Source: a virus (taxonomy: Duplodnaviria; Caudoviricetes). Taken from it: a DNA stretch of 63,452 bases. Shown piece after piece: positions 26,107 through 35,757 of the stretch. The notes beneath the pieces are model-generated. The model was given only the letters and a program-made list of their open reading frames with translations. It ran no database searches and had not been told where the DNA came from. Location: the IMG/VR virus record IMGVR_UViG_3300005512_000028, positions 1 to 63,452 of that record, one strand, 5' to 3'. The position numbers and the translations under genes are program-made. Numbering within the stretch: the stretch's first letter is position 1; the number at the start of each line of letters is the position of its first letter.

Positions 26107-27491
26107 GTCCGTGTACCAGAAGAGGGTATAGACTACTGCACCGCGGCGCTGTAGCCATGGCCGATATAGAGGCCAACGGCATCCACGTCGATGTACAGTA
26201 CATCAACAAGGCCATCCGCCGCTCGCAGAGACGGATAGAACACAAGAAGCGCGCCCTTCAAAAGACGGACGTGTATAGACAGTGGCGTCGTACGTTCGGC
26301 TCCAGAATGAAGCTGGGCGCACGGGAGCAGATGAGCACCGTTCTGTTCGACGTCATGGGCGTGCCTGCTCCGGCGGCACGAACGGCCAGTGGCAAGGTCA
26401 AGATGGACGAGGCTGTACTGAACACCGTCGACCACCCATTCGTCCAGCAGTGGCTCGCCATCGAGAAGCTCAAGAAGGCGATGAGCACGTATCTGAAGGG
26501 CCTGCTGGTGGAAACGGTCGACGGCTACATGCATCCGTTCTTCAACCTGCATACCACACAGACCTACAGATCATCCAGCGACTCACCGAACTTCCAGAAC
26601 ATCCCAGTCCGCGACCCGGTTATCGGTAAGCTCATCCGTACCGCTATCATACCTCGTCCCGGGCGATGCATCGTTGAATCGGATATCAGTGGGGCGGAGG
26701 TCCGTACCAGTAGCAATTACAATAAGGACCCACGCCTTATCAAATACATCCTCGACCCGTCGTCGGATATGCACCGAGATATGGCGTGCGAGTGTTATAT
26801 GCTAGAGCAGTCCGAAGTCACCAAGCGAACCAGAGCGGCGGCTAAGAGCTACTTCGTATTTGCACAGTTCTACGGTGACTGGTATATCGACTGCGCTCGT
26901 CGGCTGTGGGAGGGAATACACACGGACAAACTGACCACGGCATCTGGAGTCCCGCTGGACGTTCATCTCCGCAAGAAGGGCATCACACGGCTAGGCAGAC
27001 TAGACCCGAAGGCAGAGCCGATTCCCGGCAGCATGGAAGGGCATATCCGCAAGGTCGAACGCGACTTCTGGCACAAGCGATTCCCCGTGTACCACCAATG
27101 GAAACAGGACTGGTATGATGCGTACCGCAAGCAGGGATGGTTTGAGACGCTGACGGGCTTCGTTTGCAGTGGATATATGAAGCGCAACGAGGCGGTCAAC
27201 TACCCCATCCAAGGCTCGGCCTTCCACTGCCTTTTGTGGTGCCTCATTCGATTACAGAATGAGATGAAGAGACGTAAAATGGAGACGCTCGTTGTCGGCC
27301 AAATCCACGACAGTATCGTGGCGGACGTGGTGCCGTCCGAAATGGATGAGTACACAGGGCTCGTTGTTGACATCGTCACAAGACAACTACAAAAGCACTG
27401 GGACTGGATAGAGGTTCCGATGGCCATCGATATCGAGGCGTCTGGCGTAGACAGGCCATGGGTCGAAAAGAAAGAGGTGTCCGTGGCATGA
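26070..27491 (+). CDS. DNA polymerase family A catalytic subunit
   Basis: RSSSDSPNFQNIP, DISGAEVR, R...K...FAQFYG, NYPIQG, QIHDS; start position uncertain. Confidence 0.92.
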   Translation: MSKTTTVHGPCLSPCTRRGYRLLHRGAVAMADIEANGIHVDVQYINKAIRRSQRRIEHKKRALQKTDVYRQWRRTFGSRMKLGAREQMSTVLFDVMGVPAPAARTASGKVKMDEAVLNTVDHPFVQQWLAIEKLKKAMSTYLKGLLVETVDGYMHPFFNLHTTQTYRSSSDSPNFQNIPVRDPVIGKLIRTAIIPRPGRCIVESDISGAEVRTSSNYNKDPRLIKYILDPSSDMHRDMACECYMLEQSEVTKRTRAAAKSYFVFAQFYGDWYIDCARRLWEGIHTDKLTTASGVPLDVHLRKKGITRLGRLDPKAEPIPGSMEGHIRKVERDFWHKRFPVYHQWKQDWYDAYRKQGWFETLTGFVCSGYMKRNEAVNYPIQGSAFHCLLWCLIRLQNEMKRRKMETLVVGQIHDSIVADVVPSEMDEYTGLVVDIVTRQLQKHWDWIEVPMAIDIEASGVDRPWVEKKEVSVA

Positions 27492-28369
27492 GCAAACGAC
27501 TACACTCCATTCTATGGGTAGGCGGCAAAGGCCAGATGGTGGCCAAGCTGCTGCCTATCTTCAAGGCGCATCCGCACCGCATCTATGTGGAGGTGTTTGG
27601 CGGCGCTGCGTCGATGCTGCTGGCCAAAGCGCCGTCTGCCATTGAGGTCTACAATGACATGGACGGCGGGCTGGTGAACTTCTTCCGCGTGCTCGCAGAC
27701 CCTCGTATGTACAAGAAGTTCCTCCGTAGAGTCCGGCTGCTGCCCAACTCGCGGGAGCTGTTCTACGACTGCGTGGCAACGTGGCAGGAGCAAGACGACC
27801 CGGTCGAAAAGGCGTGGCGGTGGTATGTCATCGGACGGCAGTCCTTCGGAGGCCTGTTCGGGAGCTCATGGGGGTTTGGCGTCGATACCACCAGCAGGCA
27901 GATGGCTGCTGCCACGGCACGGTGGTTGGGGGCACTGGAAGGCCTGCCCGAGTTGCACGCCAGAATGCAACGAGTACAGGTCGAGCACAACGACTTCCGC
28001 AAGGTCATACCCACCTATGATACACCCAAGACCTTCTTCTACCTCGACCCGCCGTATGTTGTCGAGGAACGACGCACCGAGGACGTCTACAAGCACGAGA
28101 TGACACAGGAAGACCACCAAGAACTGGTGGAGCTCCTGCTCGGTATCAAGGGGTCGGCTGTACTTTCGGGCTACGCATCCGATGTGTATAAGCCACTGGA
28201 GAAGGCGGGATGGTGTAGGCAGGACTGGAATACAGTATGCTTCGTGGCTGGTCGCGTCCGTAACTCGAACCTACAGGGGAAGGGCGCTGCGCTGCGGGAG
28301 CAGAAACGTGTAGAGACAGTGTGGGTGTCACCAAACCGAGGCAAGCAAGGGTTGTTCAGGGAGATGTAA
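27488..28369 (+). CDS. Dam (D12-class) DNA adenine methyltransferase
   Basis: WVGGK, YVEVFGG, YNDMDG, YLDPPY, LSGY. Confidence 0.9.
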   Translation: MSKRLHSILWVGGKGQMVAKLLPIFKAHPHRIYVEVFGGAASMLLAKAPSAIEVYNDMDGGLVNFFRVLADPRMYKKFLRRVRLLPNSRELFYDCVATWQEQDDPVEKAWRWYVIGRQSFGGLFGSSWGFGVDTTSRQMAAATARWLGALEGLPELHARMQRVQVEHNDFRKVIPTYDTPKTFFYLDPPYVVEERRTEDVYKHEMTQEDHQELVELLLGIKGSAVLSGYASDVYKPLEKAGWCRQDWNTVCFVAGRVRNSNLQGKGAALREQKRVETVWVSPNRGKQGLFREM

Positions 28370-29275
28370 ATGGAACTGTACAAGAAACACCGACCTACCA
28401 GTATGAAGGGCATCATCGGGAACAGCGGCACCGTGAACGCGCTTACTAACATGCTCCGGCGCGGGACGCTGCCGCATACCATTCTGTTCCATGGCCCGTC
28501 CGGCTGCGGCAAGACTACGTTGGCGAGAATCCTGATGAAGCAGCTACAGTGCCATCCGATGGACTTCGCTGAGGTCAACGCGTCGTCCTTCCGTGGCATC
28601 GATAGCATCCGGGACGTGTCTCGGACGATGAAGCTCGCCCCGATGGGCCCGTGCCGCGTCTGGCTCTTCGACGAGACGCACAAGTGGACGAACGACGCCC
28701 AGAACGCGGCGCTCAAGATGCTGGAGGATACACCAGACCACGTGTACTTCTTCCTCTGCACCACGGACCCGCAGAAGCTCATCAAGGCCATCCAGACGCG
28801 ATGCTGCCAGATGCCAGTCCGTGCGCTGACGTACAACGAGATGGAGCGCCTGGCCTGCCGCATCTGTAAGCGCGAGGAGATGGTACTTACGGATGACACG
28901 CTGGGGGATGTCATCGATGCGTCAAACGGGTCGGCACGGTCGATGCTCGTGATGCTCGACAAGCTGGCCAACGTATCCGCAGACGTACGACCAGAACTCG
29001 CCAAAGACGGCATGGTAGACGATGCGGAGGGCATCGACCTGTGCCGCGCGCTCATCGCGCGAAAGCCATGGAAGGCCGTGACGTCGATACTCCGCAACTT
29101 GTCTGCGGACCCGGAGGCCGTTCGGTGGTGCGTGCTCGGGTACGCCAGAGCAGTACTGATGAAGAAGCCAGACCACCAGGCCTACATCGTCATCCGTGCT
29201 TTCGAAGAGCCGTTCTATGAGTCGAAGGCGGCGGGACTGTTAGCCGCCTGCTTCGAAGCCATCCACGGGGATTGA
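28370..29275 (+). CDS. Clamp loader (DnaX gamma/tau-like)
   Basis: LYKKHRP, GPSGCGKTT, FDETH, AQNAALKMLE, TRC. Confidence 0.9.
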   Translation: MELYKKHRPTSMKGIIGNSGTVNALTNMLRRGTLPHTILFHGPSGCGKTTLARILMKQLQCHPMDFAEVNASSFRGIDSIRDVSRTMKLAPMGPCRVWLFDETHKWTNDAQNAALKMLEDTPDHVYFFLCTTDPQKLIKAIQTRCCQMPVRALTYNEMERLACRICKREEMVLTDDTLGDVIDASNGSARSMLVMLDKLANVSADVRPELAKDGMVDDAEGIDLCRALIARKPWKAVTSILRNLSADPEAVRWCVLGYARAVLMKKPDHQAYIVIRAFEEPFYESKAAGLLAACFEAIHGD

Positions 29276-29329
29276 TAGCCCAAAAGGAGCGACGTCCCGC
29301 GAGAGTAGAGTACGAGGATAAGGTGCCAT

Positions 29330-29845
29330 ATGGATACAAACGAGTTTGCAAACGACAAAGCCATCGACCCATCGCAATTGGACGTGGCTGCTATTCAGCA
29401 GGCAGACCTGTTCTTCAAGTGGGCATCACGGGCGGTCGACGCCAGAGCCGAGATGGACGCGGCCAAGATCAAGGTCGAGCTGGTGGAGGCGTCGCTCAGC
29501 ATCGAATGCAGACGGCACCCAGAGGACTTCGACATCGCCAAGACCACGGAGGTCTCAATCGCCGCGGCCGTAAAGAACCACCGGAAGTACACGCGCGCTG
29601 TGGATAGATATCTGGACGCGAGGAAGGCGTCTATGATACTGGACAAGGCAGTGGAGGCGATGGAACAGCGCAAACGGATGCTGGAGATCCTCGTGACGCT
29701 CCACGGCCAGTCCTACTTTGCGGGGCCATCGGTACCCCACAACATCGTAGAGACGTGGCGGGAGCATCAGGAGCAACAGCAGGCGCGTGTACGAGATAAG
29801 CAGGCCAATCGCGTCCGTAAGCGCAAGGCAAGAAAGGAACGATGA
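29330..29845 (+). CDS. Coiled-coil protein (UvsY-like mediator candidate)
   Basis: 171 aa helical protein upstream of SSB and RecA. Confidence 0.6.
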   Translation: MDTNEFANDKAIDPSQLDVAAIQQADLFFKWASRAVDARAEMDAAKIKVELVEASLSIECRRHPEDFDIAKTTEVSIAAAVKNHRKYTRAVDRYLDARKASMILDKAVEAMEQRKRMLEILVTLHGQSYFAGPSVPHNIVETWREHQEQQQARVRDKQANRVRKRKARKER

Positions 29846-29976
29846 CATGCCATGCATAGCTAAGATTATATATGGGGTCTGCGTGGCGCTTGGCGTCATC
29901 GTATGGATGTATATCGCGGCGCGGGCCGTGTCCCGTGCCATTATGAGGACCATCAAAGAGCGAAGGAGCTGAAGCG

Positions 29977-31182
29977 ATGGTGAAGAAAGGCAGAACGAAA
30001 CGGAAGCGAGTCTCGCGCGAACAGGTACGCGCAAACGCCAAGCAGGGCAACAAGACGGGGCAGAACTGGGTGTCGCTGCCCGATGGCGTTCGGGAGTGGG
30101 CCCCGGAGAAGGCAGGCAGCGTGGTTATTGACGTACTCCCGTACGAGGTGACGGACACGATGCACCCGGACCGCGTCGAGCCGGGGTCCCTGTGGTACAA
30201 GCGGCTGTTCCTCGTCCACCACAACGTGGGCCCGAACAACGAGTCCGTTGTGTGCCCGACCTCCGTCGGCAAGCGATGCCCCATCTGCGAAGAGCGGACG
30301 AAGCTCAAGCAGAACTGGGAGGAGAACAAGAAGCTCATCCGTGCGTTGAACCCGCAGCGGTTTGTCGCATACAACATCGTCGACCCGGATGACGAGGACA
30401 AGGTCGCCGTGTTCATCTTCTCGACTGGCAAGTTCGCTGACGCCCTGGCGAAGGAGCTCGAAGAGGGCGACGAGGGCGACCTCTACTTCTTCGACGTCGG
30501 CAAAGACGGGCGCTCCCTCAAGGTGCGCTTCTCCGACGCCACCTTCGAGGGCCGCAAGTACGTCGAGGCCACGCGCATCGACTTCCGCAAGCGGGACGTC
30601 ATGGACGAGGACGACGTGCTCTCCCGCGTCGTCAACCTCGATACCATGCTCAATGTCATGTCCTACAAGAAGCTCGCGGCGCTGTTCATGCAGCTGGATG
30701 ACGACCTGGGCGACGAGCCGAACGACGACCCGGACGACGACGACCCGGACGACGACCCGGACGACGACCCGGACGACGACCCGGACGACGACGACCCGGA
30801 CGACGACCCGGACGACGACGACCCGGACGACGACCCGGACGACGACCCGGACGACGACCCGGACGACGACGACCCGGACGACGACCCGGACGACGACCCG
30901 GACGACGACCCGGACGACGACCCGGACGACGACCCGGACGACGACCCGGACGAAGACGACGAGCCGGCTCCTGCGAAGAAGAAGTCGGAGAAGAAGGCAG
31001 CCAAGAAGTCGACGAAGAAGGCAGCCAAGAAGTCGGAGAAGAAGGCAGCCAAGAAGTCGGAGAAGAAGGCAGCCAAGCCGAAGTGCCCGCACGGCGGGAA
31101 GTTCGGCAAGGACTTCGAGACGATGAATGAGTGCGACACCTGCGAGATGTGGGACGCGTGCGAGGAAGCCGCCAACGAGTAG
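29977..31182 (+). CDS. gp32-like ssDNA-binding protein with acidic, basic and Cys tail
   Basis: HH...VVCP...CPICE Zn site; about 80-aa D/P tract; KKAA repeats; terminal CPHGG...C..C...C. Confidence 0.75.
   Translation: MVKKGRTKRKRVSREQVRANAKQGNKTGQNWVSLPDGVREWAPEKAGSVVIDVLPYEVTDTMHPDRVEPGSLWYKRLFLVHHNVGPNNESVVCPTSVGKRCPICEERTKLKQNWEENKKLIRALNPQRFVAYNIVDPDDEDKVAVFIFSTGKFADALAKELEEGDEGDLYFFDVGKDGRSLKVRFSDATFEGRKYVEATRIDFRKRDVMDEDDVLSRVVNLDTMLNVMSYKKLAALFMQLDDDLGDEPNDDPDDDDPDDDPDDDPDDDPDDDDPDDDPDDDDPDDDPDDDPDDDPDDDDPDDDPDDDPDDDPDDDPDDDPDDDPDEDDEPAPAKKKSEKKAAKKSTKKAAKKSEKKAAKKSEKKAAKPKCPHGGKFGKDFETMNECDTCEMWDACEEAANE
30724..30960 (+). repeat. Coding tandem repeat (GAC)3-4-CCG, encoding DDDP
   Basis: Directly visible 12/15-bp units. 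Confidence 0.95.
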
Positions 31183-31213
31183 AGAAGGCGAGGCGGCGAC
31201 CTGAGTACAGGAC

Positions 31214-31290
31214 AGACGGCGTGCATTGGGTACACCAGTGGCGGGTAAGACACACGAAACCACTGGGCGGGTTCGACTCCCGGCCGTCTT
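31214..31290 (+). ncRNA. tRNA-like element with an oversized anticodon-position loop
   Basis: AGACGGC/GCCGTCT, CCAGTGG/CCACTGG with 18-nt loop, CGGG-TTCGACT-CCCG, followed by a T run. Confidence 0.6.
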
Positions 31291-31445
31291 TTTGAGACTG
31301 ATGCGTTGCGCGGGTTTATGCACATGCGGGACGGGCTTTATGCATGGTGACTCCCCCGTAGACGGACCCGAATCGGCCCAGACGGGCACGAGTGTGCATA
31401 GACTTTACAAATCGAAACGGACGCCAAGTGTAAGGGTCTACAGAT

Positions 31446-32549
31446 ATGAGCAAGTCACAAGAAGCGGCACGCACTGTTATCGAGGGCGCAAATATGAAGG
31501 CGAAGAACCCCGTGCCGGTCATTCACAAGAGGAACCTGCTGGGGTCGGGCTCCACGCTACTCAATCTGGCGTGTACTGGCAGGCCGGAGGGGGCGTTCCT
31601 GAAGGGGAAGTACTTCTACATTGTAGGAGACTCCGCCAGCGGCAAGACGTTCCTGAGCATGAGCTGCTTCGCGGAGGCCACACTGAACAAGTACTTCCGG
31701 CGGTACCGTCTCATCTACGACAACATCGAGGACGGATGCCTGATCGACCTCGAGGCCCTGTTCAACAAACAGGTCGCGTCACGCGTGGAGGCCCCCGCGT
31801 ACAACGAGGACGGCACGCCACTACACAGCGACACCGTCGAGGAGTTCTATTACAACGTGGACGACGCCATCGAGAAGGGGGTACCGTTCATCTACATACT
31901 AGACTCCATGGACGGCCTATCGTCGGACGCCGAGGGCAGCAAGTTCCAAGAGCAGAAGGAAGCACATCGCCGCGGCAAGGAGACGGCGGGGTCGTACGGA
32001 GATGGTAAGGCCAAGAAGAACAGCGAGCATCTCCGCAAAGTGCTGTCGGGCATCCGTGCGACGAAGAGCATTCTCATTGTACTAAGCCAGACCAGAGACA
32101 ACCTCGGCTTCGGGTTCAAGAAGAAGACACGGAGCGGCGGTCGCGCACTGCGGTTTTACGCGACGGTTGAGATTTGGACGTCTGTAGTCAAGGCTATCCG
32201 TAAGACAGTCAACGGCAAGCCCCGCCAGATCGGGGTGCAGGTGAAGGCCGACGTCCAGAAGAACCGCATTACAGGTAAGCTGCATCAGGTAACGATGTCA
32301 ATCTATCCGACGTATGGTATAGACGACACAGGGTCGATGATCGATTACCTCGTCGACGAGGGTGCGGCAACCAAACGAGGCAGTCGTATCCAGATTAGTG
32401 ATCTGGATGTAGAAGAGCCGATGGCGCGAGACGCGCTAATTCGCCACATTGAAAGCAATAGCCTTGTAGAGGCACTACGAGCGGCGGTCTGGACATGTTG
32501 GCTGGACGTCGAGGAAGCCAAGTCGCTGGAACGAGAGAAACGGTACTAA
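31446..32549 (+). CDS. RecA/UvsX-like recombinase
   Basis: GDSASGKT, YILDSMD, LSQTRD, SGGRALRFYA, KNR. Confidence 0.88.
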   Translation: MSKSQEAARTVIEGANMKAKNPVPVIHKRNLLGSGSTLLNLACTGRPEGAFLKGKYFYIVGDSASGKTFLSMSCFAEATLNKYFRRYRLIYDNIEDGCLIDLEALFNKQVASRVEAPAYNEDGTPLHSDTVEEFYYNVDDAIEKGVPFIYILDSMDGLSSDAEGSKFQEQKEAHRRGKETAGSYGDGKAKKNSEHLRKVLSGIRATKSILIVLSQTRDNLGFGFKKKTRSGGRALRFYATVEIWTSVVKAIRKTVNGKPRQIGVQVKADVQKNRITGKLHQVTMSIYPTYGIDDTGSMIDYLVDEGAATKRGSRIQISDLDVEEPMARDALIRHIESNSLVEALRAAVWTCWLDVEEAKSLEREKRY

Positions 32550-32550
32550 T

Positions 32551-33489
32551 ATGAGGTCGGAACTCTGGCTGCTAATCGATGCGGGCTGGGTATGCCATCA
32601 GGCTTTCTACGCCATACAGAACCTCGCTCACGAGGACAAGCCCACCGGAGTCATCTTCGGCGTGCTGGAGCACATTCGACTTCTGAGCGCGGAGTGGAAG
32701 ACGAACAGGATCGCGTTCTTCTTCGACTCCCGGCGTAGCTTCCGACGTAAGGCATTCCCGGGCTACAAGGAGGGACGCAAGAAACGCACACCAGAGCAAC
32801 TGGCCGACTCCGCTATCATGCACGAGCAGATACAGGCCCTGCGACGCGAGATTCTTCCGACCATCGGATTCCCGTGCTTCATGCAAGTAGGACTGGAGGC
32901 AGACGATCTGATAGCGATGGCCGCGTCGCAGCTGGACTCGCCATGGACGTCCGAGCCGACCGCGCTTATGATTACCAACGACGGCGACCTGTACCAGTGC
33001 ATTACGGATTCGGTTTGGTGGTTGAACCCGACGCGGCATCTACAATTGAACCCAACGGAACTGTGGGTCAAGACGGGCGCGCATCCAGACGAGTGGTGCC
33101 GTATCAAATCCATAGCAGGATGCAGGTCAGATTCTGTACCCGGCGTCCGTGGCGTTGGCGAGAAGACAGCCGTAGCGTATCTGCACGGAGCGTTGTCGTG
33201 TACGAGCAAGAAGTACATGTCGATCACCAGCGATGAAGGACATGCGATCATCAAGCGGAACATGGAGCTTGTACGGCTGCCTCACTACAAGACACGGCAG
33301 CAGGCTATGACACCGCCTGTCTACAGTAGAGAGGGGTTCGACGACGTATGTAAGCAGTACGGACTGCACAGCTACACAGAACCTCCCTTGTCATATCAAT
33401 GGGACAGACTGCTGTCTGGTAGGGTAGGGGCGAGGCCCATTCCCCGCAAACGAGGAGAGCCGCGTGGCGAAAGGCATGCGAAAAGGTAG
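32551..33489 (+). CDS. 5'-3' exonuclease / flap endonuclease
   Basis: LLID, FD, YKEGR, EADDLIA, DGDLYQ, SDSVPGVRGVGEKTA. Confidence 0.92.
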   Translation: MRSELWLLIDAGWVCHQAFYAIQNLAHEDKPTGVIFGVLEHIRLLSAEWKTNRIAFFFDSRRSFRRKAFPGYKEGRKKRTPEQLADSAIMHEQIQALRREILPTIGFPCFMQVGLEADDLIAMAASQLDSPWTSEPTALMITNDGDLYQCITDSVWWLNPTRHLQLNPTELWVKTGAHPDEWCRIKSIAGCRSDSVPGVRGVGEKTAVAYLHGALSCTSKKYMSITSDEGHAIIKRNMELVRLPHYKTRQQAMTPPVYSREGFDDVCKQYGLHSYTEPPLSYQWDRLLSGRVGARPIPRKRGEPRGERHAKR

Positions 33490-34105
33490 CCAGTTCGAGC
33501 GGTCCATCTGCAAGCAGCTAAGCGAGTGGTGGACGGACGGAGAGAGAGACGACGTCTTCTGGCGGTCGGCCGGCTCCGGCGCACGGGCCAAGACGCGCAG
33601 CAAAACGGGGAGGGGTACGTTCGGCCAGTACGGAGACGTGCAGGCCACGGACCCCATTGGACAGCCACTGATCGATCTGTTTACGATAGAGATCAAGCGT
33701 GGATACGGTGTTACAGTTCTCGAGGCCGTCGACAAGCCCGGCACGGCTGCGTATCAATTATGGGAGAAGTGGCTACGGCAGGTGATCCAAGACCACGAGA
33801 ACGCAGGCAGTGTGTCTTGGATGCTGATCACAAAGCGCGACCGGAAAGAGACGATGGCTGCCATCCCTATAAGAATGGTTCACCGCCTTATCAATTGTGG
33901 TGCAGAGATACATCGATGCATACCGTCCGCGGCTATCCGGTTTGCCACATCTGCAGAGACGCACACGAGCCATCTGCACCTGTTTACCTGCCCTCTTTCC
34001 TCGCTGCTACGCCGCCTGAGCTGCGACAGTGTAAAGGAAGCAGCTACACTAGAAAGGGAAAGACATGAGAACGCACGACGGCAAAGAGATCGTATGCATC
34101 GATAA
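33464..34105 (+). CDS. Holliday junction resolvase (PD-(D/E)xK)
   Basis: KGSQFER, FWRSAGSGA, GD...IEIKRGY. Confidence 0.8.
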   Translation: MAKGMRKGSQFERSICKQLSEWWTDGERDDVFWRSAGSGARAKTRSKTGRGTFGQYGDVQATDPIGQPLIDLFTIEIKRGYGVTVLEAVDKPGTAAYQLWEKWLRQVIQDHENAGSVSWMLITKRDRKETMAAIPIRMVHRLINCGAEIHRCIPSAAIRFATSAETHTSHLHLFTCPLSSLLRRLSCDSVKEAATLERERHENARRQRDRMHR

Positions 34106-34280
34106 CTCGTGGTACGTTATTCTCGGCTCCTTCCGCAGACAGGCCAACGCCAAAGGATGGGCCAAGGCGTACGGACACCAGTGGACTCGTCTACCTTATG
34201 GCAACTCGTGGCGATGGGTTACGCTACGTCCCGCACGCACGGACGAGCTACCCACAACGCCAGACTACTTCTACAAATGA
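34065..34280 (+). CDS. Hypothetical protein
   Basis: 71 aa in an overlapping gene chain. Confidence 0.5.
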   Translation: MRTHDGKEIVCIDNSWYVILGSFRRQANAKGWAKAYGHQWTRLPYGNSWRWVTLRPARTDELPTTPDYFYK

Positions 34281-34534
34281 CAGAGATCGATTGGGAATTG
34301 CGGTATAAGCGCCTCCGTAGGCGGCACAAGAACCTCAAGGCAGCCATCTGCTTCTGGCTTGGTAGCGAGTTCTATTCGCGGTTTGTACAGAGGGGCGCAT
34401 CGCCAAAGGGCGGGCTGTATCCGAGCCGGAGTGCATTCGGGCCTGCTATCCGTAAGCTTATGCAGACGAAGGTAACTGGTGTCCGTCTGTTGAAACTGCT
34501 GGGCACCTCGTTCGATGAACTACTAGGAGAATGA
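34277..34534 (+). CDS. Hypothetical protein
   Basis: ATGA overlap, 85 aa. Confidence 0.5.
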   Translation: MTEIDWELRYKRLRRRHKNLKAAICFWLGSEFYSRFVQRGASPKGGLYPSRSAFGPAIRKLMQTKVTGVRLLKLLGTSFDELLGE

Positions 34535-34656
34535 GATCGATGATTGGCACTACATTCATAGAATACATCGCGGCGGCTCTCATCGGGGCTATTGTATGTT
34601 TCATCTGCATATGCCTTGGCGTATGGGTTGATAGGCACCACGGGAGAAAGCCATGA
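34531..34656 (+). CDS. Small single-TM protein
   Basis: MRSMIGTTFIEYIAAALIGAIVCFICICLGVW...; ATGA overlaps at both ends. Confidence 0.45.
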   Translation: MRSMIGTTFIEYIAAALIGAIVCFICICLGVWVDRHHGRKP

Positions 34657-35357
34657 CAAGTAGAATTGACCTGTGCTCAGATTGCGTCGGGCTGACTCGT
34701 GTGTTTCGCGGCGAGCATCAGCACCTCATTAACGGCCAGTGGCGAGGCGGGGCGGAGGCCACCATTTATTGTCTGCGGCATCAGCTTCTCATCGCCAAAG
34801 AGGAGCGGGACGAAGCGCGAGACCGCCTCAAACACCCCGCCAGTGTGTCTAATTACAGATACATGAAGGCCGTTGCCGCACGAAAGAAATGGGAGGCTCG
34901 TGCCAAGCATGCCGAGAATGAGCTTGAGGCGGCGCAGGCGGCGTGTGCGGCGTACGGTGAGGCGCTGCGGGATTATTTTGGCTGGGCGGGCGCTAAGCAC
35001 GAGCCCGGCTGCCCAGAAGACGACACCTGCAAATGTGCGCATCTGGCAAAGCTGAACGCCATTGACCCGAGAGCCAACCCCGGCCAGCCGATCCTCGACA
35101 GGCTCGCCAAGGCGGAGGCCGAGAACGAGAGGCTTGCGAGCAATATGTGGGCATGGTCTCGCGGGCTGGTTGGGCAGAAGCCGTACACCCCCGACGAACT
35201 TCGGGAAATGTATGGGCCTTATGTCGAGGACGGTGACACGACGGGACTGAGCCCCCGCGAGGCTCGGCTGCTGGAAACACTCATTACCACTGGGGCGGAT
35301 GTGCATAGGTTGGAAGAGGCCGCTCGCCACGCCGCCGAGGCGGATAAGAGAAGGTAG
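34653..35357 (+). CDS. Hypothetical coiled-coil protein
   Basis: 234 aa, GGAG RBS, HxxxC...CxC motif. Confidence 0.6.
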   Translation: MTSRIDLCSDCVGLTRVFRGEHQHLINGQWRGGAEATIYCLRHQLLIAKEERDEARDRLKHPASVSNYRYMKAVAARKKWEARAKHAENELEAAQAACAAYGEALRDYFGWAGAKHEPGCPEDDTCKCAHLAKLNAIDPRANPGQPILDRLAKAEAENERLASNMWAWSRGLVGQKPYTPDELREMYGPYVEDGDTTGLSPREARLLETLITTGADVHRLEEAARHAAEADKRR

Positions 35358-35358
35358 T

Positions 35359-35553
35359 ATGAAAGCCATCGACCTCAATGGCATCGATGCGCGTGCCGAT
35401 GCGGGCGTGATTTTCGACGCCGCGGAGATTAAACTACTGACAGCTCTCATCAGGGAACTGCAGATTGGATCACGTGCATCTAGACCAACCAGAACCACGG
35501 CCGTTGTAGGCAGGATAGAAACATCAGATTACCCTACACTTTTAGGCGGATGA
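35359..35553 (+). CDS. Hypothetical protein
   Basis: 64 aa, starts right after the upstream stop. Confidence 0.5.
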   Translation: MKAIDLNGIDARADAGVIFDAAEIKLLTALIRELQIGSRASRPTRTTAVVGRIETSDYPTLLGG

Positions 35554-35612
35554 TACACGACTGTGTATTGGCGTATCACAGAGATAGGTCCCATTAACCA
35601 GAGGAGAAAGAC

Positions 35613-35729
35613 ATGGCATCCAAGGGAACACCGAAGCGAGACGGCTCGGGCGAAGGCAAAAGGGCCAACCAGGGCCGTGGCGGATGCAAGACGACGCAGA
35701 AGACGGGCAAGGGCAGTAACAGGAAGTAG
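35613..35729 (+). CDS. 38-aa basic Gly-rich peptide
   Basis: GAGGAG RBS; MASKGTPKRDGSGEGKRANQGRGGCKTTQKTGKGSNRK. Confidence 0.6.
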   Translation: MASKGTPKRDGSGEGKRANQGRGGCKTTQKTGKGSNRK

Positions 35730-35737
35730 AGTCTCGC

Positions 35738-35750
35738 TGCTCTTTGACAA
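35738..35750 (+). promoter_or_regulatory. boxA-like antitermination element upstream of the tmRNA
   Basis: TGCTCTTTGACAA versus rRNA boxA consensus TGCTCTTTAACA. Confidence 0.5.
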
Positions 35751-35757
35751 GTGAATA

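Noticed and set aside
30724-31074. CRISPR-like repeat
   Set aside because: Spacerless coding tandem repeats inside the SSB gene
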